Shown: positions 10,500-19,313 of the stretch, one piece after another
Numbering within the stretch: position 1 is the stretch's first letter
Layout of the letters: every line of letters begins with the position of its first letter
DNA from: an uncultured cyanobacterium
GTDB taxonomy: Bacteria; Cyanobacteriota; Cyanobacteriia; PCC-6307; Cyanobiaceae
NCBI GenBank assembly: GCA_963697335.1
Contig: CAVONQ010000011.1
Coordinates: 1 to 64,000 of the forward strand
Direction of reading: 5' to 3'
DNA length: 64,000 nucleotides
Made by a program: the position numbers and the translations under genes
Notes under the pieces: generated by a model
Databases searched by the model: none
Seen by the model: only the letters and a program-made list of their open reading frames with translations
What the model was told of the DNA's origin: nothing

Positions 10500-11666
10500 A
10501 TGGCCACCAGGGTGCACAATTTCAACAAGGACATCGCCAAGGAGTTGCTGAATCAAAGCAACTCTCCTTGCCTCTCGCTCTATCAGCGGACCCATCGGCA
10601 CTACCCGGAGAATCAGCAGGACCCCATACGATTCGGAAATCTTATCAAGGTGCTGGAGGAGTCTCTCCTGAAGAGGTATGCCAAGAGTGAGGTTCAGCCC
10701 ATGCTGGAGCCATTCCTGGCCCTATCCCATGACCATGCGTTCTGGGATCACACCCTTGATGGTCTGGCTGTGCTGGGAGCCCGGGATCTGTTTCGGGTCT
10801 ACAAACTGCAGCGACCAGTCGCGGAAATGGCTGTCGTCGCTGACAGCTTTCACATCAAGCCTTTGCTGCGTATGCTTCAGTCGGCAGACCGTTATCAGGT
10901 TCTCGGTCTGAGCCGTACGGAGTTCAGACTCTTTGAGGGCAACCGTGATGCGCTGGACGAGGTTGAACCGGCCGGGGGGATTCCCCGAACCATGACCGAG
11001 ACCCTGGGGGAGCAGGTCACAGAGCCACATCAGACTGTCGCGTCCTATGGCGGTGTGGGGGTCGGACACTCTCCTATGCACCACGGCCATGGGGGCAAAA
11101 AGTCTGAAGTGGATCACGACACGGAACGCTTTTTCCGCTCCGTGGACCGTTCCGTGTTGGAACATCACTCCCGGCCATCGGGACTGCCCCTGATCCTGGC
11201 CGCGCTACCAGACCATCATGGGCTCTTCCACGCCGTCAGCCACAACCCCTTGCTGATGCGGGAGAGCATCGACATTTTTCCAGAGCAGCACTCGTCCACG
11301 GAGCAGCTGCGGCAACGGGCCTGGGCACTCATGGAGCCCCACTATCTGCAGCGCCTGGCCACGCTGGTGGAGGAGTTCGGTAGGGCCAGCTCCGCAGGGA
11401 ACGGTGACGACAATCTCGAGCAGGTCGCCAAGGCAGTGGTGGAAGGGCGCGTGGCGACCTTGCTGATCGAAGCCGAACGTGATATTCCTGGCCGGGTCAA
11501 TCCCCGTACGGGCGAGGTTGACTCAGCGCCGCTAGAGGATCCCAAAGCCAACGACATCCTCGACGACCTCGGAAAGACAGCCCTGAAAATGGGAGCACAG
11601 GTGGTTGTACTTCCTGCAGACAGGATGCCGACCAAGACGGGACTAGCTGCCATCTACCGGTATTGA
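10500..11666 (+). CDS. Bacterial archaeo-eukaryotic release factor homolog (baeRF3/7-type, Balon-like)
   Basis: PCLSLYQRTH, FWDHTLDGLAV, VVADSFHIKPLL, RFFRSVDRSV, PLILAA, GRVATLLI and GLAAIYRY C-terminus. No GGQ motif. Confidence 0.82.
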   Translation: MATRVHNFNKDIAKELLNQSNSPCLSLYQRTHRHYPENQQDPIRFGNLIKVLEESLLKRYAKSEVQPMLEPFLALSHDHAFWDHTLDGLAVLGARDLFRVYKLQRPVAEMAVVADSFHIKPLLRMLQSADRYQVLGLSRTEFRLFEGNRDALDEVEPAGGIPRTMTETLGEQVTEPHQTVASYGGVGVGHSPMHHGHGGKKSEVDHDTERFFRSVDRSVLEHHSRPSGLPLILAALPDHHGLFHAVSHNPLLMRESIDIFPEQHSSTEQLRQRAWALMEPHYLQRLATLVEEFGRASSAGNGDDNLEQVAKAVVEGRVATLLIEAERDIPGRVNPRTGEVDSAPLEDPKANDILDDLGKTALKMGAQVVVLPADRMPTKTGLAAIYRY

Positions 11667-11865
11667 GCTGAAGAACCTATGCCGATGCAGGACGAGGTGC
11701 GGCATCGGCAATGAATGGCTTCACCATTCGTTATGCTGGAAATTCCCTTACTGCAGCACGGGTCGAAGCTCAGATCGACAAGAAGACGCAGCGTAATCCG
11801 ATCAGGAAGACTGCCATTGGTCAGGCGTGGCTAGGCTTGGATGGAAAGAGCGGAAGAGAAATCCT

Positions 11866-12216
11866 ATGAGAGTTTGTGGAAAAGATCTTGCTGTCTCGCT
11901 CATGGCGTTGGCAGTGATGATCATCACGATCTTGGTTCCCCTGACCGGAACGGCAATGGCCGCGAATCAACAGCCTCAACCCATCGCATTCTCAACCATG
12001 GCTAACAAAGCAGACGCCGCAGCCAAAGACGCAGAGGGCAGGCTGGAATCGGCCTATGGAGATCTCACGGGAGACACCGGCCACCAGATCAAGGGCAAGG
12101 CCAAGCAGATGCAGGCCTCGGCCATGAACATAGCAGCAGACTTGAAGCAAGGCGCAAAGTCGGTCGCCAAGGACGCTAAGGATGCTGCCGGAAGACTGGC
12201 AGACGATCTGAGCTGA
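11866..12216 (+). CDS. CsbD-family general stress protein with N-terminal signal
   Basis: KDAEGRLESAYGDLTGD..QIKGKAKQ. Confidence 0.8.
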   Translation: MRVCGKDLAVSLMALAVMIITILVPLTGTAMAANQQPQPIAFSTMANKADAAAKDAEGRLESAYGDLTGDTGHQIKGKAKQMQASAMNIAADLKQGAKSVAKDAKDAAGRLADDLS

Positions 12217-12357
12217 TTCACTCAGATGCCGCCATGACAACGTGGCGGCATCTGCTGATAGTTCTGCTCCCTCAGGGATGTCCCAGCTTGGCTGACTTCA
12301 TAGCGCCACTGTTTATGAGTTCATGGCGCCACCATTTACCCTCACCGGAGATAAGTG

Positions 12358-12504
12358 ATGTTGGAGTTGATCGCCATTGTCCTCGTCATCCTTTGGCTGC
12401 TGGGTCTGCTGACCAGCTTCACCCTTGGGGGTCTGATTCATATCCTGTTGGTCATTGCAGTGATTGCCGTTCTGCTACGACTGATCAGTGGGCGGCGCAT
12501 CTGA
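12358..12504 (+). CDS. lmo0937-family (DUF5670) small membrane protein, 48 aa
   Basis: Manual translation MLELIAIVLVILWLLGLLTSFTLGGLIHILLVIAVIAVLLRLISGRRI*, with a GGAG RBS upstream. It is not in the ORF track. Confidence 0.85.
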   Translation: MLELIAIVLVILWLLGLLTSFTLGGLIHILLVIAVIAVLLRLISGRRI

Positions 12505-12528
12505 AACCAATTCTTGCGTCTAATTGTC

Positions 12529-12933
12529 ATGGATCAATACTTCATTGTTGATACAGCCAAATCGTTTGATGAAGCATGTGTCGATCTTCAAGCCGCAGTG
12601 GCGGCAAATGGATTCGGTGTGTTGTCGGTGCTTGATCTCGGCGAAACCCTGCGCGGTAAGGGCATCACCTTCCCTGAGCAATGCAGAGTGTTTGAGGTGT
12701 GTAACCCCCAACAGGCAGCCAGGGTGCTGGCGAGCGACATGAAACTGACCATGGCCCTCCCCTGTCGGATCTCCGTCTATACCCAAGGTGGGCAGACCAG
12801 GGTCGGCATGATCCGCCCAGAGGCCATGCTTCGCGGCCTGTCCTCCGAGCCCGACTTGATGGAGGTGGCGCAAGCGGTGGAGTCCACCACGACAGCCATC
12901 ATCCAGGAGGCCGCCTCGCGGCGGGAACGGTGA
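12529..12933 (+). CDS. DUF302 family protein
   Basis: GFGVL..LD, EVCNP..A, ALPCRISVY. Confidence 0.88.
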   Translation: MDQYFIVDTAKSFDEACVDLQAAVAANGFGVLSVLDLGETLRGKGITFPEQCRVFEVCNPQQAARVLASDMKLTMALPCRISVYTQGGQTRVGMIRPEAMLRGLSSEPDLMEVAQAVESTTTAIIQEAASRRER

Positions 12934-12985
12934 GGTCCGCCAGCTCCGCAGCCAACAACCACCGGGACGTTCAAGCATCAGGACG

Positions 12986-15475
12986 ATGGGATCAGCACGT
13001 CAGCGCCATGGGCTCAGTGAACAGATGGAAACGCTGGCTACAGCGCCACTACTGGACACGCTGAAGTCGTCGACGGCTGGCCTCAGTCAAGCCGAGGCTA
13101 TTCACCGCCTGGCGGAGTATGGCAGCAACGAGATCACAGAGCGCAAGACCAATCAGCTTCTGAAGTTTCTGACCTACTTCTGGGGTCCGATTCCTTGGAT
13201 GATTGAAGCCGCCGTGATTCTTTCGGCACTGGCCAAGCACTGGCCAGACTTTTCCATCATTCTGCTGTTGCTGATTGCCAATGGTGTGATCGGTTTCTGG
13301 GAGGAACACCAGGCCGGCAATGCCATCGCGGCCCTCAAGGCCCAGCTGGCCCTGAGGGCACAGGTGAAACGGGATCAGCAGTGGGCCACTGTGGAATCAC
13401 GGGACCTGGTCCCCGGCGATGTTATCCATCTACGGCTCGGCGACATCGTCCCGGCAGATGCACACCTACTGGATGGTGAGGCGCTCCAGGTGGACCAGTC
13501 AGCTCTCACTGGTGAGTCATTGCCAACCACGCGACAGCCTGGAGAAGTGGTGTTCTCAGGCTCAGTCATTCGCCGGGGTGAGATGGATGCTGTGGTCTAT
13601 GCCACAGGTGCGACGACGTACTTCGGCAAAACAGCGGAACTGGTGCAGTCAGCGCACAGCGTGAGCCATTTCCAACAAGCCGTCCTGAAGATCGGAAACT
13701 ACCTGATCCTGCTGGCATTGGCGTTGGTGGCACTGATCGTGGCAGTGGCGCTCCTGCGCGGCGATCCACTGCTCACAACCCTTCAGTTCGCCCTGGTGCT
13801 GACGGTGGCAGCGATACCCGTGGCGATGCCCACGGTGCTGTCCGTGACGATGGCCGTGGGAGCGCGCATACTCACGAAGAAGGGTGCGATTGTGACGCGG
13901 TTGGCAGCCATCGAAGAGTTGGCTGGGGTGGATGTGCTCTGCTCTGACAAAACGGGCACATTGACAGAAAACACGTTGAGCCTGGGGGATCCATTCAGTG
14001 TCAATCCATCCCGTGAGGATCCGGGCGCGGCTCAGGTGACGTTGAACGCAGCCCTGGCGTCGCGCTCCGACAACAAGGATCCGATCGATCGTGCCGTGCT
14101 CGGCGGCCTGGCTCAGGACCCGCACCAGGCCGGCTATCAGGTGCTCCATTTTCAGCCCTTCGATCCCGTGCACAAGCGAACCGAGGCCACCATCAGGGGT
14201 GTGGATGGAGTGGAATTCAAAGTCACCAAGGGTGCACCACAAGTGATCCTGGCGCTGTCCGCCAACCGTGCCCTGGTGTCGAGCGCCGTTGAGACCGCCA
14301 TCGCTGGATTTGCTGCCCGGGGCTTCCGTTCCCTGGGGGTGGCGCGCAAGGATCCGCACCACAACTGGCGCTTTCTGGGCGTCTTGCCCCTGTTTGATCC
14401 CCCACGCGCAGAAGCCAGAGCCACCATTGCCACAGCCCATCGGATGGGAGTCAGGGTGAAGATGGTCACGGGTGATCAAGTGCCGATTGCGCGGGAAACC
14501 GCCGAGCAACTGGGGCTGGGGGCGATGATTCTTGACGCCAGTGGGTTCGAGACCATTACCGGAGATCAACAGGAGCTGTTGGCCGAGACGATCGAGCAGG
14601 CGGATGGATTCGCTGAAGTATTCCCTGAACACAAGTTTCAGATTGTGCAAGTGTTGCAGCAGCATGGCCACATCGTGGGGATGACCGGCGACGGCGTCAA
14701 CGATGCTCCTGCGTTGAAGCAAGCCGACTGCGGCATTGCCGTTTCTGGCGCCACGGACGCTGCCCGCAGCGCAGCCTCCATCGTGCTGATGAAGCCGGGG
14801 CTGTCTGAAATTGTGGATGCGATCAAGACAAGTCGAAAGATTTTCCAGAGAATGAACTCCTATGCGATCTATCGCGTCACTGAGACGTTGCGCGTGCTGT
14901 TGTTCATGACGTGTTCAATCCTGGCTTTTAACTTCTATCCCGTCACCGCCGTCATGATCGTGATCCTGGCACTGCTCAATGACGGTGCCATCCTTTCAAT
15001 TGCCTATGACAACGTCCACTACAGCAACGCCCCGGAACGATGGAACATGCGCGTGGTGCTTGGAGTGGCGACAGGCTTGGGCATCATGGGTGTGATTTCA
15101 GCCTTTGGCCTGCTGTTTCTCGGAGAGCGCATCCTTGAGCTTGACCGTGACCATCTGCAGACGATGATGTATCTGAAGCTCTCCGTGGCGGGTCACCTGA
15201 CCATCTTTCTGACACGAACCCGTGGGCCTTTCTGGTCCATCCGCCCAGCGAGGGTGTTGTTGCTGGCGATTTGTGGAACGCAACTGGTGGCAACTCTGAT
15301 CGCTGTGTATGGATGGTTCATGGCTCCGCTGGGATGGGGTTGGGCCCTGACGGTTTGGGGCTATGCGCTGATCTGGTTCCTGATCAACGACCGCTTGAAG
15401 TTATTGATCTATGGGATCCTTATCCCAGAACTGCATCAGCAGCACGGTGGGCTGGGATCCAGGATCACGGTATGA
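12986..15475 (+). CDS. Plasma-membrane proton-efflux P-type ATPase (P3A)
   Basis: FWGPIPWMIE, DQSALTGES, IPVAMP, DKTGTLT, FDPVHKRT, KGAP, DPPR, TGDGVNDAPALK and NDGAILSIAYD. Confidence 0.9.
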   Translation: MGSARQRHGLSEQMETLATAPLLDTLKSSTAGLSQAEAIHRLAEYGSNEITERKTNQLLKFLTYFWGPIPWMIEAAVILSALAKHWPDFSIILLLLIANGVIGFWEEHQAGNAIAALKAQLALRAQVKRDQQWATVESRDLVPGDVIHLRLGDIVPADAHLLDGEALQVDQSALTGESLPTTRQPGEVVFSGSVIRRGEMDAVVYATGATTYFGKTAELVQSAHSVSHFQQAVLKIGNYLILLALALVALIVAVALLRGDPLLTTLQFALVLTVAAIPVAMPTVLSVTMAVGARILTKKGAIVTRLAAIEELAGVDVLCSDKTGTLTENTLSLGDPFSVNPSREDPGAAQVTLNAALASRSDNKDPIDRAVLGGLAQDPHQAGYQVLHFQPFDPVHKRTEATIRGVDGVEFKVTKGAPQVILALSANRALVSSAVETAIAGFAARGFRSLGVARKDPHHNWRFLGVLPLFDPPRAEARATIATAHRMGVRVKMVTGDQVPIARETAEQLGLGAMILDASGFETITGDQQELLAETIEQADGFAEVFPEHKFQIVQVLQQHGHIVGMTGDGVNDAPALKQADCGIAVSGATDAARSAASIVLMKPGLSEIVDAIKTSRKIFQRMNSYAIYRVTETLRVLLFMTCSILAFNFYPVTAVMIVILALLNDGAILSIAYDNVHYSNAPERWNMRVVLGVATGLGIMGVISAFGLLFLGERILELDRDHLQTMMYLKLSVAGHLTIFLTRTRGPFWSIRPARVLLLAICGTQLVATLIAVYGWFMAPLGWGWALTVWGYALIWFLINDRLKLLIYGILIPELHQQHGGLGSRITV

Positions 15476-15841
15476 GAGCTCTACCCCCGACGTTTAACTG
15501 ACGGCTGTCGCCCACTCAAACGTAGACGCCGTCAACTCACGCTGGGTGGACGGCAGGGCCTATGAAAGTCTCAGGTTGAGGCCGGCCGTGGTCCTTCCTG
15601 TCCATGGCAGCGCCCCAGCTGGAGGGGATAGGCAGGAGCATCTGGGAGGAGTAGGGTGAGCGGCCGGGATTGACTCTGGGCAAGAAAGACTGGGCGAGAA
15701 AGAAAGGGGTGATGGGCCAGATGAGCCGAAATCAGATCAATTCATGCTGGATCTCTGCTGCCGAATGGTCACCAGAGCAATGTTGAGAAGGTAGGCGCCG
15801 GATGCGATCATGCTGGCCACATCCCTATTGATTGAACAAGG

Positions 15842-16717
15842 CTACTGATACAGATTAACGAGGACAATGCGTGTGGCAGAAGCCGCTTGAGGGTATCCTC
15901 GGTGGGCACCATGCTGCGCTGAAACCACCATGTCGCCGGCGCGGCAGAAAATGGGAAGAGCGGCGTGTCCAGCCAGCAAGCGGTATTCATGCTTGTGGAG
16001 GTCATGGTGCTCGTTGAAGGCCTGGTTTCTTTGCCGCAGAGTATCATCATGGTGGGAGCCCATGATGTAGCAGTAGGGCCCAACGTCGAAGCCATTGACG
16101 TTGTTGGCATAAACAAACGACTTGACCTTGATCTTCTCTCCGTCGCAGTGGTAGAAGCGCGTGTTCTCCACCCCCTTGTTGACGTAGAGGTTTCGGCACT
16201 TCACTTTCTGCTTTTTGTCGAAAGCTCTGCGGGCCAGGTTCGCAACCAGGTCTTCGTGCAGGCAGTCGAGAATCAGTTGACGATTCTCCGGAAAAAGATT
16301 CTCAGGATGGAAGACATCCATCATCCCGTCGTCTTCTCCATGCCGGAAATTCACCACCGGCTTGGTGCTCTCCACAAGGGCCTTGTAGCCTCGCAACACC
16401 CGATGCTCGCCGCGGTTGAGGATCAAGTGCGGTAGCTCACGCCCCGGCGTCAACGCGGCAACGTCGTCCCAGGTGCGCTCTGCCATGGTGGCGAGAGCGT
16501 CAACGGCCTGCCTGGGCGCCGCGCCCCGAATCACGATGAGGCCAGTGCGCGAGAGGGTCTTGGCTGCCTCTTGAACCTGCGATCTGTGCCTCCGCAGCGC
16601 TTTGAGGTGGAAGGAGACGGCCCGGGTTCGAAGCCACCGCCGCAGGCCGGAGTGGAGGTTTGGCTCCTGATAAAGCGGGGGCATTTCCCCAGACAGAGCC
16701 ATACCTGCCCATGGCAA
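15842..16717 (-). CDS. Putative 2OG-Fe(II) dioxygenase, PhyH-like (start uncertain)
   Basis: HxD (YHCDG), GPYCYIMGSH, AGDMVV..HGAHRG and distal R.VL, the PhyH-type triad pattern. Confidence 0.65.
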   Translation of the reverse strand: MPWAGMALSGEMPPLYQEPNLHSGLRRWLRTRAVSFHLKALRRHRSQVQEAAKTLSRTGLIVIRGAAPRQAVDALATMAERTWDDVAALTPGRELPHLILNRGEHRVLRGYKALVESTKPVVNFRHGEDDGMMDVFHPENLFPENRQLILDCLHEDLVANLARRAFDKKQKVKCRNLYVNKGVENTRFYHCDGEKIKVKSFVYANNVNGFDVGPYCYIMGSHHDDTLRQRNQAFNEHHDLHKHEYRLLAGHAALPIFCRAGDMVVSAQHGAHRGYPQAASATRIVLVNLYQ

Positions 16718-16769
16718 TCACCTCAAAAGTAGCAGCAACCAATCGATGGAGGAGGCCAAGTTGGGGGGC

Positions 16770-17178
16770 GGTCCTAAGGAGCAGAGCCTGCTCACCAGTG
16801 CCGGGCGGAAGACATTCAACCGGCATCGCGAGCAGATCTGATGGGCTTCTTCGGTGGTGATGGCCTGCTCCACCTCGTCCACGATCAGCACCAGATTGCC
16901 CTTGGCCTGATCCACCACTTCGGTGAGGGCCTGGGCCAGGGTTGCTCCGCCCGGTTCTCCCAGCTGCTCCAACTGAAACCCGAAGCAAAAGCCCCTACTA
17001 CCGAGATCCAGTCCTCTGAGCCAGCACAAGATCCCTGCGCAGGAAGGTGGTTTTCCCGTACGATGCAGCCCCGACAGGAACATCCCCCCGAGCACAGGCC
17101 CTCATCGAGAACGCCTGGGAGTAGCAGACGACCCGCCCGCTCAGCATCGAGGCGGGGGCGGCGGCAGACCTAGGCTAT
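16770..17178 (-). pseudogene. Decayed partial copy of the P-loop ATPase gene at 28603-29717
   Basis: Nucleotide similarity to 28603-29130 (FLSGLHRTGK, FGFQLEQLGEPGGATLAQALTEVVDQAKG.LVLIVDEV.QAITTEE), with start ATA, an early TAG, frameshifts and an internal deletion. Confidence 0.8.
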
Positions 17179-17209
17179 GGCTTGGGGGGGATTGACGCCC
17201 GGACATTAA

Positions 17210-17226
17210 TTATGGCTGAGCCATAA
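17210..17226. promoter_or_regulatory. Perfect 8-1-8 palindrome, putative operator upstream of the ATPase pseudogene
   Basis: TTATGGCT-G-AGCCATAA, 31 nt upstream of the dead start codon. Confidence 0.55.
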
Positions 17227-17426
17227 ATCTCCCTAAGTCGGTCCGCGGGGGCGTGCCCATTGGGTTGGGCCGCATCACGATGCGGCCATGGCGACCTTCG
17301 AACTCCTTTTTAGGCAACCTCATCGCCTTGAAGGGGCGTTCATTCAACTGCTTTCGATAAGAAAGAGAGGGCGAAACTGCGCCCATATCTGCTCTCAGCC
17401 GGCTGGCTGATTGCCAAAAAAGTCAA

Positions 17427-17499
17427 TGGAGCCAAGCGGATTCGAACCGCTGACCCCCTGCATGCCATGCAGGTGCTCTACCAGCTGAGCTATGGCCCC
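17427..17499 (-). tRNA. tRNA-Ala(GGC)
   Basis: GGGGCCATAGCTCAGCTGGTAGAGCACCTGCATGGCATGCAGGGGGTCAGCGGTTCGAATCCGCTTGGCTCCA, with G3:U70 and anticodon GGC. Confidence 0.97.
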
Positions 17500-17593
17500 G
17501 TTGTATGCGCTCGGCTGGATGAACGCTGGTCGCTCAACCGTTCGGCCTGGTGGCCTTGCCTGGCGCTGCTGGAGCTTACAACGCGGTGGGCCC

Positions 17594-18190
17594 TCACATC
17601 TGGCGCCAGACGGCCACCAGCTTGCCCTGCACCGTCACCTGATCAGCGGGCAGCACGATCGGCGCATAGGCCGAGTTGGCGGCCTCCAGGGTCACGGTGG
17701 CGCCCTTGCGGTGGAAGTGCTTGAGGGTGGTGCCGCTGCCGTTCACCAAGGCGCTCACGATCGTGCCCTGGCGAAGGCGGGCGGGATCGGTCACGGGCTC
17801 CAGCAGCACCACGTCGCCGTCGGCGATGTGGGCCTCCACCATCGAGTCGCCGTTCACGGTGAGGGCGAACAGGCCGCGGGTGTCGAGCACCGGGGCCAGG
17901 TCGAGCCGTTCCTGCAGGTCGTCATAGGGCTCCACCAGGCCGCCGGCGGCCACGGCGCCCAGCACCGGGATGCCGCCGCTGCCGCCCCCCAGCAGTTCCA
18001 GGGTGCGGGCCTGGCCCTCCTGCCAGGTGAGCCAGCCCTTCTGCTGCAGATGACGCAGCCGGCTCTGGATCGGCGCCGGCGAGCGCAGCCCCATGGCCTC
18101 CATCATCTGGCGGATCGAGGGGCTGTGGCGATGGGCGCCGATGTAGTCGGCAAGCCAGTCGTAGAGCTCCTGCTGGGCCTGGGTGAGCAC
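17594..18190 (-). CDS. lexA: SOS repressor LexA
   Basis: LTQAQQELY..SPSIRQM wHTH, cleavage site VAAG, GDSM Ser and TLK Lys. Confidence 0.93.
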   Translation of the reverse strand: MLTQAQQELYDWLADYIGAHRHSPSIRQMMEAMGLRSPAPIQSRLRHLQQKGWLTWQEGQARTLELLGGGSGGIPVLGAVAAGGLVEPYDDLQERLDLAPVLDTRGLFALTVNGDSMVEAHIADGDVVLLEPVTDPARLRQGTIVSALVNGSGTTLKHFHRKGATVTLEAANSAYAPIVLPADQVTVQGKLVAVWRQM

Positions 18191-18226
18191 GTCAGGCTGG
18201 GATCGGGGCACCGCGGCGCTGTGACT

Positions 18227-18240
18227 GATACAGATGTACC
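18227..18240. promoter_or_regulatory. Cyanobacterial LexA box (autoregulation)
   Basis: GGTACA-TC-TGTATC on the - strand, a near match to GTACA-N2-TGTAC, about 37 nt upstream of lexA. Confidence 0.7.
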
Positions 18241-18270
18241 GCCCCCTGGCCCGTTTGTCCAGTGATCGGC

Positions 18271-19251
18271 TCAGATGCCGCCCAGCAGGGCGGCCAGCAG
18301 GGCCTGCTGGGCGTGCAGGCGGTTCTCGGCCTGGTCGAAGATGCGGCTGGCCGCTCCCTCCATGGCGCCGGCGCTGATCTCCTTGCCCCGGTAGGCCGGC
18401 AGGCAGTGCAGCACGATGGCGCGGCTGTCGGCCTCGGCGATCAGGTCTTCGTCGAGGCACCAGCCGGCGAAGGCGGCATCGCGTCGCTCCTGTTCGTCCT
18501 CCTGGCCCATGGACGCCCACACATCGGTGTAGAGGGCATGGGCGCCGCGCACCGCCGCCACAGGCTCGTGGTGCACCTCCACCACACACTGGCGCTCAGC
18601 CGCCAGGGCCTGGGAGCGCTCCAGGACGGCGGCATCGGGGCTGTAGTCCACCGGGCAGCCGATGCGCACGTTCACGCCCAGCAGGGCGCCGCAGAGCATC
18701 AGGGAGTGGGCCACGTTGTTGCCATCGCCCACGTAGCTGAGGGTGAGGCCCGCCAGGTCGCTGGCCTGGCCGCCGAAGGCCTCCTGCAGGGTGAGGTAGT
18801 CGGCCAGGGCCTGGCAGGGATGCTCCAGATCGGTGAGGGCATTCACCACCGGCACCGAGGCCCAGTGGGCGTACTCGGCCAGCTCCTCCTGGGCGTAGGT
18901 GCGCACGGCCAGCACGTCCACATAGCGGCTCAGCACCCGGGCGGTGTCGGCCACCGGCTCGCCGCGGCCCACCTGGGTGATCCCCGGCTGCAGGTCGATG
19001 GTCTGGCCGCCCAGCCGGGCCATCGCCACGTTGAAGCTGGTGCGGGTGCGGGTGGAGGCCTTGGTGAAGATCAGGCCCAGCACCTTGTCGCGCAGGTCGA
19101 TGCTGCGGGTGCCGCGCTTGAGGGCCGCGGCCAGATCGAGCAGGGCGGCGGTCTGCTCGGCGTTGAGGTCGGCTGAGGAGAGCAGGTCGAGGCCCCGCAG
19201 GGCCTGCAGGGCGGCGAGGCTGCCGCCGGCAGAGGTGGGCTGACTGGCCAT
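18271..19251 (-). CDS. argF: Ornithine carbamoyltransferase
   Basis: KASTRTR, HPCQALAD, YTDVWASMG, HCLP, QAENRLH. Confidence 0.95.
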   Translation of the reverse strand: MASQPTSAGGSLAALQALRGLDLLSSADLNAEQTAALLDLAAALKRGTRSIDLRDKVLGLIFTKASTRTRTSFNVAMARLGGQTIDLQPGITQVGRGEPVADTARVLSRYVDVLAVRTYAQEELAEYAHWASVPVVNALTDLEHPCQALADYLTLQEAFGGQASDLAGLTLSYVGDGNNVAHSLMLCGALLGVNVRIGCPVDYSPDAAVLERSQALAAERQCVVEVHHEPVAAVRGAHALYTDVWASMGQEDEQERRDAAFAGWCLDEDLIAEADSRAIVLHCLPAYRGKEISAGAMEGAASRIFDQAENRLHAQQALLAALLGGI

Positions 19252-19313
19252 CGGACCCCGCTCAAACAACCCTTATCGGAGATGGGCCGCCCCCCAGTCA
19301 AGGGGGGCCAGCC

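Larger units (their letters stand above)
10123..17426. mobile_element. Lower-GC genomic islet at the 3' end of tRNA-Ala (no integrase seen)
   Basis: Visible drop in GC and GC3 relative to the flanks, accessory gene content, a pseudogene, and adjacency to the tRNA 3' end. The left boundary is approximate. Confidence 0.6.

Noticed and set aside
10123..17426. attL/attR direct repeat of the tRNA-Ala 3' end, or an integrase gene
   Set aside because: No second copy of TGGAGCCAAGCGG and no tyrosine/serine recombinase ORF were found by eye, so the islet is not called an intact ICE or prophage.
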